Assembly: GCA_000146045.2 (NCBI GenBank)
Contig: BK006940.2
Span: 1-64,000, forward strand
Direction: 5' to 3'
DNA from: TPA_inf: Saccharomyces
Lineage: Eukaryota
Length of the DNA stretch: 64,000 bases
The position numbers and the translations under genes were made by a program. The notes beneath the pieces are model-generated. The model saw only the letters and a list, made by a program, of their open reading frames with translations. It had not been told where the DNA came from and did no database searches. Position 1 is the first letter of the stretch. Each line of letters opens with the position of its first letter. This document shows, piece by piece, positions 1-10,300 of this stretch.

Positions 1-879
1 GATCTCGCAAGTGCATTCCTAGACTTAATTCATATCTGCTCCTCAACTGTCGATGATGCCTGCTAAACTGCAGCTTGACGTACTGCGGACCCTGCAGTCC
101 AGCGCTCGTCATGGAACGCAAACGCTGAAAAACTCCAACTTTCTCGAGCGCTTCCACAAAGACCGTATCGTCTTTTGCCTCCCATTCTTCCCGGCACTTT
201 TTCTCGTCCCAGTTCAAAAAGTACTGCAGCACCTCTGTCTTCGATTCACGCAAGTTGCTCCATACTTTATAATACAACTCTTTGATCTGCCTTCCAGACA
301 TGCGGAAAACTTGGCTCCCTTGCTTGCCTCTTGTCGAATCCAATACACTAATTGTTTCTCTTCTTCTAGTAATGGCCAGGTACCAAGCATAATTTCTCTG
401 TATCTGAGAGTAGATCTCTCCCCTTTTTACGCTAAAAAATTTCAAATACCCTACAGGGTCCCCATGATATGGCTCGATGTCTTCCAAGTATTCTTTGTAT
501 TCCTCGTCATTTCGCAGCATTCTCTCCACAGCTAGTGCTTCCCAAGCCATCCTCCGATACGATACTTTCTGGCCAGCCCAACAGACACAGAGCTCGAACA
601 TCTTTTGACAGCCCTTGCATAATCCGTATTGTGTGAATACTCCCTCTGGGCAGAAGTATACGTCAATACCATAGAGGAAAAGATGTTTAATTTCGTCAGA
701 CCGAAATCCAAGAAACTGTAAGACATTCATATTCTCGGAAGTATTGGGAAATTGTGCTTTCAGTTTCTTTCTCTCTAGCAAAACCATTTGACTCCCTTTC
801 CGCTTATACGACTCTTTGTTAATGTCGGTGACTGGATGGAATCTATTATCCTCAGCATTGCCATCTTTATTGGCGTCCT

Positions 880-1275
880 CCTTGGCACTAGCGTTGGTGC
901 TGGCAGTGGTAGTAGCATTAGTCCTGACGTTGATGCTGGCAGTGGTAGTCGCACTAGTCCTGACGTTGATGCTGGCAGTGGTAGTCGCATTAGTGCTGGA
1001 GTTGGTACTTTCAGTGGTAGTAGCACTAGTCCTGACGTTGATGCTGGCAGTGGTAGTAGCACTAGTCCTGACGTTGGTGCTGGCAGTGGTAGTAGCATTA
1101 GTGCTGGAGTTGGTAGTCGCATTGGTACTGGCATTGGTAGTCGCATTGGTACTGGCATTGGTACTGGCATTGGTAGTCGCATTAGTACTAGCATTGGTAG
1201 TCGCATTAGTCCTGACGTTGGTACTAGCAGTGGTAATCGCATTAGTACTGGCGTTAGTACTGGCATTAGCACTAC
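880..1275. repeat. Y' 36-bp tandem repeat array (12-aa repeat unit of the Y' helicase C-terminal region), with 12-bp/18-bp sub-unit variants.
   Basis: Direct reading shows gctggcagtggtagtagcattagtcctgacgttgat repeated about 8 times with single-base variants, then degenerate attggtactggc / attggtagtcgc subunits. On the minus strand it encodes INVRTSATTTAS-type repeats as in YRF1. Confidence 0.9.
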
Positions 1276-1436
1276 CATGAATGCACGTGTCGCTGTCCTC
1301 ATCACTGCTGCAATACTTTCTGCACCTGTCACTGCTATTGCTCTCCTGGAAGCTAGACGGTAACGCAACGATCGACATGGAAGCTGTCGCCTGTTTTTCA
1401 GCCAATCTGTCCATTCTTTCTATCAGTTCCACTGTG

Positions 1437-2975
1437 TCAGCAGACACAGCATCCAACATGCTGGCCCTTTTTTCCTTTCTTTGATTCAAGTCCATAGAAC
1501 TCGCGTACCTGTTCGGTTATACAGCCTTCCTTAATTGGTGGTAATTCACCCTTACGATTCCTTGCCGCCCAACTGTTTTTTCTAGATAATAGATAACAGA
1601 GGCCCCCATCTCTTAGTCTCCCTACACCTTGAATGAGCTCAATAATATTAAGTCTATTATCAAGCATGATCACCATCATCAATTGCTTAATGTCAATTCC
1701 TTCAGTCACTAATTTCGTTCCGATGAGAACTTGCATGCTACCGTCAGTGACAAACTCCTTTGTGCGAGACACCTTTTCTGCAGCACCCAGCTTCCCGTGT
1801 ATCCATACCACCCTAAAATACTTTCTCCAAGAGCAGGCCAATTCTTCCACTTCGTTGGTTGTGCTTGCAACTACAATGGCCTTCGACTCTGGTTCAATTT
1901 CAAAGAGGGCTAAAAGAAGCTTCAGTGCTTCTTCGGGCTGTGATTCCACTTTCTTCCAAATTTTATGAACATGCCCTAAAGGCACCTCGGATTTCTCCTT
2001 GATTAGATTAAACATCCGTGTTGGATAGCTGGATAGACCTCTGCTGAGATCTTCCGACCGTTTGAGCTCGTTGATGTCCATCGACTTCTTGGCCAGTCCC
2101 GTAAGCCCAATACGCTGCAACGCAGCATCAGCTACAGCCTCAGGGGCTGTGCCGCTCAAAAAGATTGCTTTCTCAAAAGCGTCAAAATCAAGGTTAGTTA
2201 TGCCCCCAAATTGCGACTGCCGGTAGACCTCCGTTTCAAAGTTGTGAAACTCATCTACAATGAGGTAACCCAATTTTACGTTGTTGGTCCTAAAGGTGCA
2301 CTCAACAATATTCTCCCACGCAGCTATCCTGTCTGTGAAATTAGTGCTAGCAAGATCATCGTAGATCCCCACGTATAAATCAGTAACGCCATCGTAACCT
2401 TCTTCAATAAAGTTTCTTACAGGGGCCACATTCAAGCAACCGCGTCGGCCCAACCTGATCATGCAATTAGCAAGCAACACTGTGTACGGTACAAACAGAA
2501 ACGACACATATTTCACGTCGCCCTTAGACGCCAGTGCTATCAAGGGGAGATGAAATAACTCCGTCTTACCATAGCCCGGTGGGGCCTGTACTGCCACAGA
2601 GGGTGTGTCTGCCATGTATATTTCATGACATAAGCGCAACTGATGCAAGTCCCTGAATTCAAAGGAGCTGCCAAAGAGTTTCTGGCCTGCGACGAGGATA
2701 TCGTTTGTACTCTTGGGCTCTCGGGGCCTTTTTCGCGTTACTCTTGAAATTTTTTGATCATGATCTGAACTCGCCGCCTCACCTGCCACTACGTCTTCCG
2801 CATTCCGAGTACTAGAGAATGAACAATGGTAGTCGCTTTCAAGGCCTAACCATTGAATCCAGCGCTCGGAAGTGAGTCCGTCAAGCGTCTTTAGTCGAGG
2901 CTCCGATGAACCGTTCTTGTTGTATCGTCGACGTATACGTTGCGCTGTAGCTCTGGATAACGGTAAGCGTATCAC
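1437..2975 (-). CDS. Y' helicase-domain fragment ORF (YFL066C-like). The annotated start is probably the Met at 2615 ([19 protein letters not shown]...), and the track ORF extends upstream to 2975.
   Basis: Contains the Walker A/helicase motif I (APPGYGKTE), the DEFH motif ([10 protein letters not shown]) and other SF2 helicase blocks, and is collinear with YRF1. It ends at a frameshift relative to YRF1. Confidence 0.8.
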
Positions 2976-3029
2976 CGTAAGCTCGTCAATTATTTTTGAG
3001 AGCCGCGGTCATTTTGTTAGTATCTCTTC

Positions 3030-3338
3030 TCAACTTGGGCAGCACACACGCAAAACATCACCCAATCGGTCCTTTTTGTTCATCATATCGTTACATATCT
3101 GTGAAAAGTACTTTATCTCAATGGGTTTACGTGGGCATAGATCACGCTTCAGCCGCTCTGTGTCGACTTTCTTTTCGCCAGGTAAACTTGCTTGGTATGC
3201 AGAAAAAATCGATAGCTCATCTACGTGTAGTAACAAAAACATGTGGGGTGCCAAATTGTACCCATATTTCCTTATGGTGCTTTTCTGAAGACTCCTTACA
3301 ATAGGTGCGCCAGAAACAAAGTCAGTGAAAGTACGCAT
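3030..3338 (-). CDS. Y' helicase internal fragment ORF, 102 aa (YFL065C-like).
   Basis: Track [70 protein letters not shown]... matches the YRF1 segment that follows ...[13 protein letters not shown]. Confidence 0.65.
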   Translation of the reverse strand: MRTFTDFVSGAPIVRSLQKSTIRKYGYNLAPHMFLLLHVDELSIFSAYQASLPGEKKVDTERLKRDLCPRKPIEIKYFSQICNDMMNKKDRLGDVLRVCCPS

Positions 3339-3846
3339 CGTAGAGCTGTCGTTCGGCCTGGCACTCGCTATTTCGTGACAACGTTCCAGGACACGGAAAA
3401 CTCAACTCATTATAGTATCCTCTGTTGAGGTAAAAAAGAGAAAGGGTATCGTAATCCTTTCTATTGAATTTCAAAGTATGCACTTGAAACAACGTGTAGA
3501 CCATCAAGTTGATTTTCTTGGGAATAAGATACTTTGAAGGGATTGGTCCGCCCTGGAAATCTGGTTCGTCTTCAACAAATGTCAGGAACTTTTGTACATT
3601 TTTCCCGACCATGACGGAAATGACAATTTTTTCAAAAGACCTTTTCCTATTCATTGCACCAGTTCTGAATTTTACCACTTTGATTAGGCCAGACTTTTCG
3701 TCTTCGTAGAATGACCGCACTTCCGTGGGGATCGATTCAAATAAAGTTATTGAGGGACAATGTACCAAGTCGTTTTTGTTATTTAGAGCCGACTCAAACT
3801 CGTCAAAGTTTGCTTTTTCAAACTTACGCCTATCGGAAACTTTCAT
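3322..3846 (-). CDS. Y' helicase N-terminal fragment ORF, 174 aa from the first ATG. Corresponds to dubious/uncharacterised ORF YFL064C.
   Basis: The ORF-track entry 3322..4032 contains [51 protein letters not shown]..., identical in character to the YRF1 N-terminus. The Met lies at residue 63 of the track ORF, which places the start at 3846. Confidence 0.7.
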   Translation of the reverse strand: MKVSDRRKFEKANFDEFESALNNKNDLVHCPSITLFESIPTEVRSFYEDEKSGLIKVVKFRTGAMNRKRSFEKIVISVMVGKNVQKFLTFVEDEPDFQGGPIPSKYLIPKKINLMVYTLFQVHTLKFNRKDYDTLSLFYLNRGYYNELSFPCPGTLSRNSECQAERQLYDAYFH

Positions 3847-4684
3847 TTTATTTTTGTAAGTTTCGAAATTAACAATAGTATGTTGATTGTTATGCTTTTT
3901 GACAAGAAATCCATCAATATAAACAAAAGATTGTCCAGTTTCCGTCTTATCATCATCTAAGAATGTAATAATTAAGCTATTGAGAAGATGCAGAATCTGC
4001 GCTATGCAGGTGCAAATCTCCAGCAGCAGCAAAGAAAATTCAGTTAATAAGAAATCTCACTAAGATAAGCGACTGTCTGTCCCCTTCAAGCACAACATAG
4101 AAAACAGAAGGATGTCTCATTCATCGCTTGATTTCCGGCCTGCAAAAATAAAGTAGTCGGTACGCACTTTCGTTTTCAATTTCCATGGTGCACAGTATCT
4201 TAACTATCTGCTTAGTCGAGGAGAACCAGGATTCGTGGATATTCTCTTGGATACTTCAAACATGGACCTACGCTTAGCCTGCGCTTAGCCTACAACTTCT
4301 TCCGCTCTCGAAAAGACCAATATAATAGAAAGTTATAAATTACATTTCCTTATTAGGTATACGACCTCGCGCTTCGAAGTAGAGGAGCCCTTTTTGGCGT
4401 ACCTACATATGGCGCGTCAGACAGACAAACTTCCCCCAAAAATGTATTACCCCGCCGAATAAGAAAACAGACCCATTCACCCACGACGTATCAAGTTACT
4501 TCCTTGGTGCAATGTCCCACTATAAAAAAATTCCTTGACGCTAGATCGTTGGACTAAAATCTGCGTCCCAATCGCCTAAACAGGAAATATTGCCTATTTT
4601 CGTACAAGGTTACTTCCTAGATGCTATATGTCCCTACGGCCTTGTCTAACACCATCCAGCATGCAATACAGTGACATATATATA

Positions 4685-4823
4685 CCCACACACCCACACA
4701 CACCACACCCACACACCCACACCCACACACCACACCCACACCACACCCACACACCACACCCACACCACACCACACCCACACCACACCCACCACACCCACA
4801 CCCACACACCACACCCACACCCT
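4685..4823. repeat. Internal telomeric C1-3A/TG1-3 repeat tract between the Y' and X elements (array of Rap1 sites).
   Basis: cccacacacccacacaccacacccacac... is irregular C1-3A on the plus strand, the polarity expected for a left arm. It is about 140 bp long. Confidence 0.95.
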
Positions 4824-5530
4824 AATACTACCTCAACCCTACCCTAATCCAACCCTTCCATCCTGTCTCTCAACTTACCCTCCATTACCCTGCCTCCCCA
4901 CTCGTTACCCTGCCTCCCCACCACCAACCCACAAATCCACCATAACAGTTACCCTCCAATTACCCATATCCAACCTCACTGCCACTTACCCTGCCATTAC
5001 CCTACCATCCACCATGTCCTACTCACTGTACTGTTGTTCTACCCTCCATATTGAAACGTTAACAAATGATCGTAAACAATGCACACATACTTACCCTGCC
5101 AATACCCTACCATGCCCCATCTGTCATACTCACCATCACTTGTATACTGATACGGCATACGCACACGGATGCTACAATAGTATATACTATCTCAACTTAC
5201 CCTACTTTCACATTCCACTCCATGGCCCATCTCTCACTTCATGAGTACAAATGCACCCACATCATTATGCACGGCACTTGCCTCAGCGGTCTATACCCTG
5301 TGCCATTTACGCATAACTCCCACTATTATCCACATTTTAATATTTATATCTTATTCCGCGGCCCCAAATATTGTATAAATGCCCTTAATACATACGTTAT
5401 ACCTCTTTTTCACCGTATACTAACCACTCAATTTATATACACTTATGCCAATATTACAAAAAAATCACCACTAAAATCACCTAAACATAAAAATATTCTA
5501 TCCTTCAACAATAATACATAAACACACTCA
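4824..5530. repeat. X element: combinatorial repeats (STR-like, TTAGGG/Tbf1-type motifs, about 4824-5060) plus the X core (about 5060-5530) containing an Abf1 site and an AT-rich ACS-like stretch.
   Basis: ccctaa motifs (TTAGGG on the other strand) occur at 4820-4825 and 4847-4852. A degenerate ttaccctgcc(a/t)ttaccctaccat motif is repeated. The core carries the conserved ...atcattatgcacggcacttgcctcagcggtctataccctgtgccatttacgcataactcc... block typical of X cores, followed by AT-rich sequence (cacattttaatatttatatc) with 10/11 ACS-like matches. Confidence 0.8.
5261..5273 (+). promoter_or_regulatory. Abf1 binding-site consensus within the X core.
   Basis: atcattatgcacg fits RTCRYNNNNNACG exactly, at the position conserved in X-element cores. 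Confidence 0.55.
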
Positions 5531-6425
5531 ATTGCGTATCAATACCACCATGAGGTCATTAACTTAAATGTTCCTTAATACCGTCATACCACTATGCTCT
5601 ATTCCATATATTGTAATATAACTGTACTCTATAGTCATACAGACGCTTTTACTTCACCCTATCTTCTCATACTATTGTCATAGAATCGCACACTGACGCA
5701 TGATTAAAACGAATAATTTTTACTATAAGGCCTCCCATCCGTGCTCTATCCTTTTGTTTGAAACATTTATATACAGAATCTCAAAGCAAGCGGGAGAAGT
5801 AGTAATTACCCAGAGGTCATGCATGATCTTAGCACCACCGTACCTCTAAGTTTTGCTTTGAGCCTTTTTACAGTGACATCAAACATAAGGAGAAAAAATG
5901 GTATTGAAAGGTTATCAATATAGGGAAATAAATTGGTTCTATGAATCTTCATGTAAGATACTCGTAGGACAGACTCTTTCCTGTGTAAATATTTGTGACA
6001 GCTACGTCTATTTTCTATTAGATATTTACACATTTTTGTCACAGGCAATCTACGCTTAAAATATACGTTTCATTTTGGGTAACAACTGCTGTGCGAACAG
6101 TGACATTGCTGGTCGCACCTTAAATGTAAACCAAAGTTACGGCACACCGTGATGTACCCTCATACAAAGCTTTGTAAAAGTATTATTACGATTATCGAGT
6201 AACTTAGATAGAAAACCGGAAATGAAATGGACTCCCTTTTCGAATAGTAGAGTTTCTGTGCCTAAAATAGCCCAACATTGTTGCCCTTTTTCTATCACGA
6301 GGTTACTGAGCCATTGCATGAACGCGCGCGCCTCGGCGGCTTTTTTTTCTACTCTATAAAAGCGAAAAGCCAGAAGTTACTATCTCGAATAAAAAACCCC
6401 TCGAACTGCCATCTCATTACCGAAA

Positions 6426-7565
6426 ATGAAAGAAAATGAACTTAAAAATGAGAAAAGTGTAGATGTATTATCTTTCAAACAGCTCGAATCTCAAAAGATT
6501 GTTCTACCTCAAGATCTTTTCAGAAGCAGCTTTACCTGGTTTTGTTATGAAATTTACAAGTCCTTAGCGTTTCGCATCTGGATGCTATTATGGCTACCAC
6601 TTAGCGTCTGGTGGAAGCTTTCCAACAATTGGATTTACCCGCTTATGGTTTCACTTCTTGTCCTGTTTTGGGGACCAGTATTTGTTCTTGTTATTTTTAG
6701 ACTTTCTCGTAAACGTTCCTTATCGAAACAACTCACTCAGTTTTGCAAAGAGATTACTAAAAGCACACCAAGTTCGGATCCTCATGATTGGGAAGTTGTT
6801 GCAGCAAATCTAAATTCGTACTTATATGAAAATAAGGCTTGGAATATTAGGTACTTTTTCTTCAATGCCATGGGCTGCCAAGAAGCGTTCAGAACAACCC
6901 TTCTCGAACCCTTCTCTTTGAAAAAAGACGAAGCTGCCAAGGTTAAGTCATTTAAGGATTCCGTCCCTTACATTGAAGAAGCATTGGGAGTTTATTTTAG
7001 AGAAGTTGAAAAACAATGGAAGTTGTTTAATTCTGAGAAATCATGGAGCCCTGTTGGCCTGGAAGATGCTAAACTTCCCAAGGAAGCTTACCGATTTAAG
7101 CTTACTTGGTTTTTAAAGAGGATTTCCAATATTTTTATGTTGATACCATTCCTTAATTTTTTGTGCTGCATATATGTGTCACGGGGAATGTGCCTTCTAT
7201 TACGCACCTTGTATCTCGGGTGGATTCTTTTCATGTTGGTACAAGGTTTCCAAAATATAAGGGTTTTGATTATGAGCATGGAACACAAGATGCAGTTCTT
7301 GTCGACTATTATAAATGAGCAAGAAAGTGGTGCGAATGGATGGGACGAAATTGCAAGGAAAATGAATAGGTACTTGTTTGAGAAAAAAGTCTGGAAGAAT
7401 GAAGAGTTTTTCTTTGACGGGATTGACTGTGAATGGTTTTTTAGCCACTTCTTCTACCGCGTTCTATCTGCGAAGAAATCTATGCGGGCTCTATCATTGA
7501 ATGTGGAACTATGGCCATATATTAAAGAAGCGCAATTATCCTGCAGTGAGGAGTCCTTAGCGTAA
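6426..7565 (+). CDS. COS4: COS family (DUP380) subtelomeric membrane protein, 379 aa.
   Basis: Intact 379-aa ORF with two adjacent hydrophobic segments (WMLLWLPLSVWW..., LMVSLLVLFWGPVFVLVIF) and the conserved COS/DUP C-terminal region. Its position, first gene inside the X element on chromosome VI-L, fits COS4 (YFL062W). Confidence 0.9.
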   Translation: MKENELKNEKSVDVLSFKQLESQKIVLPQDLFRSSFTWFCYEIYKSLAFRIWMLLWLPLSVWWKLSNNWIYPLMVSLLVLFWGPVFVLVIFRLSRKRSLSKQLTQFCKEITKSTPSSDPHDWEVVAANLNSYLYENKAWNIRYFFFNAMGCQEAFRTTLLEPFSLKKDEAAKVKSFKDSVPYIEEALGVYFREVEKQWKLFNSEKSWSPVGLEDAKLPKEAYRFKLTWFLKRISNIFMLIPFLNFLCCIYVSRGMCLLLRTLYLGWILFMLVQGFQNIRVLIMSMEHKMQFLSTIINEQESGANGWDEIARKMNRYLFEKKVWKNEEFFFDGIDCEWFFSHFFYRVLSAKKSMRALSLNVELWPYIKEAQLSCSEESLA

Positions 7566-8840
7566 AGATAAATACAACTTTTTCAATTTATATATTTTGT
7601 AGTTTGTCAGCTGCGAATAACCAAAACGAGACTACTTTTTACGATTACAACCATTCTCTTTTTCCCTATTTCTCACTGGTTGACAGAAATCAGTGTGCTA
7701 TCATCCTACCATATGCGCAAAACTTATTGTCTTTCTCCTCCTAGAGATGCTGTATTCCATGCATATTCTGAACGATGGGTTGGTGTTTTTATCAAGCAAG
7801 GTTAATCACATGGCGTGGCTTGCTCCACGCATCAGTAGAAAACGCATACCGCAGCGGAATCCTTAAATAATAAGTGATTTTACTGTTCATCAACTACAAT
7901 CGGACTCTTTCACAATTACCCTTCTTGTTTTCCACATTTACTGTTAAATGAAGGGATGTACAGAAGGCTTAGGAAAACCTGTGCTGAATACTGGATGGAC
8001 ACTGCATTCCCACAGTGAAGCTTTTATAGATACACTGCCAGTTATTTTCGAACTTTCATCAAGTTGCTGAGTTTTAGTATCCCTTTGCCTTAGCTATATG
8101 TTTGAATGAGCAAAATATTTGCAATGTCTCTAGCTTTCTTGAAATATTGGTTTATATTGAGGGCTTGGTAAGATTTCAAATTTCATTTTGAAGTGCTCAG
8201 GAGAAAAATCATGCTCTTTTGATAATTTGGTGACTAAACATACATAAAACAGTTTAATTTTGGGTGGTAATGGCTGTGTGACTAGCTATAGAAAGAAAAA
8301 AATTAAAAAAAAAAAAAAAAATCAAGTAGTTCCTGCACTGCGACGTCCATTATAGCATTATAAATTGGTCCCTGATTTACGCATGCGATAAACTATTTTT
8401 AGCGCAGCCGCATATTATCCGAGAATAACTTCCGACATAAGAAAATTCGCAGAAAATAGATAAAAAAACTGCTCTTGGCATTCTTCACTTCCTCTATTAC
8501 ACACTGTGTCATACCACAATCATCTCACAGTATGTATTTGTATGTTTATACATGCTATAACGTAAAACAATGTAGAATATATATCTAAATACCTCACGGT
8601 TTTAGTTTAGTGCAGCCCACATACTACTTTTTTCCTTTTGTTTTTTTTTTTTATATTTCAAAGGTTAAACTCGCTTAGACTATGTCTATAATATAAAAAA
8701 AAAATAGCTCTATTCCGTTTCTTTTATTCTATTTGATATTTCCATCACACTTTCATCTTAATCACGGATGTATACTGATAATAGGGTTGACTGCGCCTGT
8801 ACGGATTACAGTGCCCTCTTCAATTGGAAAATCCAAGCTT

Positions 8841-9182
8841 TCAAGATGGGTAACTGTTATTCAAAGGATCCTCTAAGATAAAACACAGATCGACAGATCC
8901 GAGAGTTGGCTTCTGTGCCTTGGGCTCAAATTCCTTTCCCACCTCATGCAAATTGATTTTTCTGACTCCAAAAAAAGACAGAGCCCTGCGATAGTTCCCG
9001 AATGTTGTAACATCAAAGCCAAGCACTCCTTTATAGAAGTCGCATGAACGTTGAATACTAGCAGCTGGTGAAACTACAGGGTCTAAACTAACTAGTATCC
9101 ATATCTTTTTGAGAGCATTGAAAGTATACGGAGTACAAGCTGGGTTAGAAGGAATTTTTATCTTAACAGCAATGAAAATCAA
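8841..9182 (-). pseudogene. Possible relic of a VOC-fold (glyoxalase/bleomycin-resistance/dioxygenase superfamily) gene. The frame is open but has no in-frame ATG.
   Basis: The 113-codon open frame contains ...AASIQRSCDFYKGVLGFDVTTFGNYRRALSFFGVRKINLHEVGKEF...GSVDLCFILEDP, which resembles the VOC beta-alpha-beta-beta-beta signature (x-D-x-x-x-S-x-x-FY-x-x-vLGF ... HiaF.V.D). The track start is a TTG and the frame contains no Met. The call is by motif recognition only. Confidence 0.3.
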
Positions 9183-9544
9183 CTTTCTAGACTGAATCCC
9201 TCAAGAAAATTGCAAAAGACTAACTGATACTGGTTTAAAAGAGAAAGATGTCAAATATGCGGAGTTATACCATCAAACAACTTTGGACGGCCCCGAAACA
9301 AATGTCCGCAAAAAAGATCTTATTAAAGTGCATGGACACTATCATTTCTATAATACAAAATACTCCACCGCACAATAGTTTGTCGGGAAGTCATCAATCA
9401 ATCTTGTACGAGCTTTACAAATAACTTTTTAGGATCGGTCCCCTCATAAAATTATATATAAATGGGTTAGTTTCCTTCTTCTTCTGTTAACATGAAGTTG
9501 CTTCGTACTGTTTTTTGCCTTGCTTCTCTTCAAAAGAATCAATC

Positions 9545-10222
9545 ATGTCACAGTACGGATTTGTAAGAGTTCCTAGAGAGGTAGAAAAGGCCATTCCAGT
9601 GGTGAATGCACCTAGACCACGGGCCGTTGTTCCGCCTCCAAACAGTGAAACTGCTAGGCTTGTTCGGGAATATGCCGCTAAAGAATTGACTGCCCCCGTT
9701 CTAAACCACTCTTTGCGTGTTTTTCAATATAGTGTAGCTATCATAAGAGACCAATTTCCAGCATGGGACTTGGATCAGGAAGTTTTGTACGTCACCTGCT
9801 TACTTCATGATATTGCAACAACAGATAAGAATATGAGAGCCACGAAGATGTCATTTGAGTATTATGGTGGCATACTTTCAAGGGAGCTTGTATTTAATGC
9901 GACAGGTGGAAATCAGGACTATGCAGATGCAGTAACTGAGGCCATCATTCGTCACCAGGATTTGACTGGGACTGGCTACATTACCACCTTGGGGCTCATT
10001 CTGCAGATTGCTACTACGCTTGACAATGTCGGATCCAATACCGATCTGATTCATATCGATACAGTTAGTGCCATTAACGAGCAATTTCCAAGACTGCACT
10101 GGTTATCATGTTTTGCTACGGTGGTGGACACTGAAAACTCGAGAAAACCGTGGGGCCACACCAGTTCTTTGGGTGATGATTTTTCAAAGAAAGTCATATG
10201 CAATACATTTGGGTATAACTAA
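9545..10222 (+). CDS. DDI2: Cyanamide hydratase (HD-domain protein), 225 aa.
   Basis: ORF starting MSQYGFVRVPREVEK... with an HD-domain motif (LLHDIATT). It is the first gene of the DDI-SNO-SNZ-THI5-AAD subtelomeric block, in the YFL061W position. Confidence 0.9.
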   Translation: MSQYGFVRVPREVEKAIPVVNAPRPRAVVPPPNSETARLVREYAAKELTAPVLNHSLRVFQYSVAIIRDQFPAWDLDQEVLYVTCLLHDIATTDKNMRATKMSFEYYGGILSRELVFNATGGNQDYADAVTEAIIRHQDLTGTGYITTLGLILQIATTLDNVGSNTDLIHIDTVSAINEQFPRLHWLSCFATVVDTENSRKPWGHTSSLGDDFSKKVICNTFGYN

Positions 10223-10300
10223 ATAGGTAAGTTTCAATGAGGCGAGTTCAGAATGAACAGTGATGATCTCCTTTCTCCATAACTATACTATACGTCCCTT

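Larger units (their letters stand above)
1..4032 (-). pseudogene. Y'-Help1 / YRF1-like helicase gene, disrupted. The pieces are 4032..3322 (N-terminal part, start codon at 3846), 3338..3030, 2975..1437 (helicase domain), and about 1433..1 (Ser/Thr-rich 12-aa repeats plus C-terminal domain, running off the window start).
   Basis: Consecutive minus-strand ORFs in three different frames each match successive parts of YRF1. The frameshift after ...[10 protein letters not shown] occurs where YRF1 continues RVLERCYEIAS. A large internal deletion between the 3030-end piece and the 2975-start piece removes about 400 aa relative to intact YRF1. A small deletion/frameshift at about 1437 (HVGCCVC-stop here, versus [23 protein letters not shown] in YRF1) is followed by an open frame encoding [31 protein letters not shown] and then the INVRTSATTTAS-type repeats. 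Confidence 0.85.
1..4684. repeat. Y' subtelomeric element, truncated and internally deleted copy. Its distal end is cut by the cloned chromosome end at a GATC site, so the terminal telomere repeats are not in this window.
   Basis: The minus-strand translation matches Y'-Help1/YRF1 proteins almost residue for residue: N-terminus [17 protein letters not shown]..., helicase core GYGKTE..., and C-terminal domain ...[57 protein letters not shown]. It contains the Y'-typical 36-bp repeats and is followed centromere-proximally by internal TG1-3/C1-3A repeats and an X element, which is the canonical Y'-(TG1-3)-X arrangement. Confidence 0.9.

Noticed and set aside
53-535. 160-aa plus-strand ORF (dubious YFL068W-like).
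   Set aside because: It lies antisense to the strongly conserved Y' helicase C-terminal coding sequence (the minus-strand translation of the same bases gives ...[35 protein letters not shown]...). It has no recognisable motifs of its own.
532-726. 64-aa minus-strand ORF in the Y' C-terminal region.
   Set aside because: It is the +1 frame overlapping the true YRF1-like frame (true frame: GIDVYFCPEGVFTQYGLCKGCQKMFELCVCWAGQKVSYRRMAWEAL).
775-1368. Three long ORFs (775..1368 minus, 788..1363 plus, 816..1280 plus; the plus-strand one corresponds to dubious YFL067W) spanning the 36-bp repeat array.
   Set aside because: The array is low-complexity (GCT/GGT/AGT-rich), so it is open in several frames on both strands. 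The only frame with homology is the minus-strand INVRTSATTTAS frame of the Y' helicase, which the track omits because it runs off the window start. The listed ORFs are repeat artefacts.
4617-4825. Three overlapping ORFs encoding poly-(GV/CG/HTP) peptides.
   Set aside because: They lie entirely within the C1-3A/TG1-3 telomeric repeat tract. This is an open frame by composition only.
5014-5521. ORFs 5014..5244 and 5066..5521 (the latter matches dubious YFL063W) inside the X element core.
   Set aside because: His/Thr/Tyr-rich low-complexity translation of a conserved non-coding X-core sequence that contains the Abf1 site and ACS. There is no coding signature.
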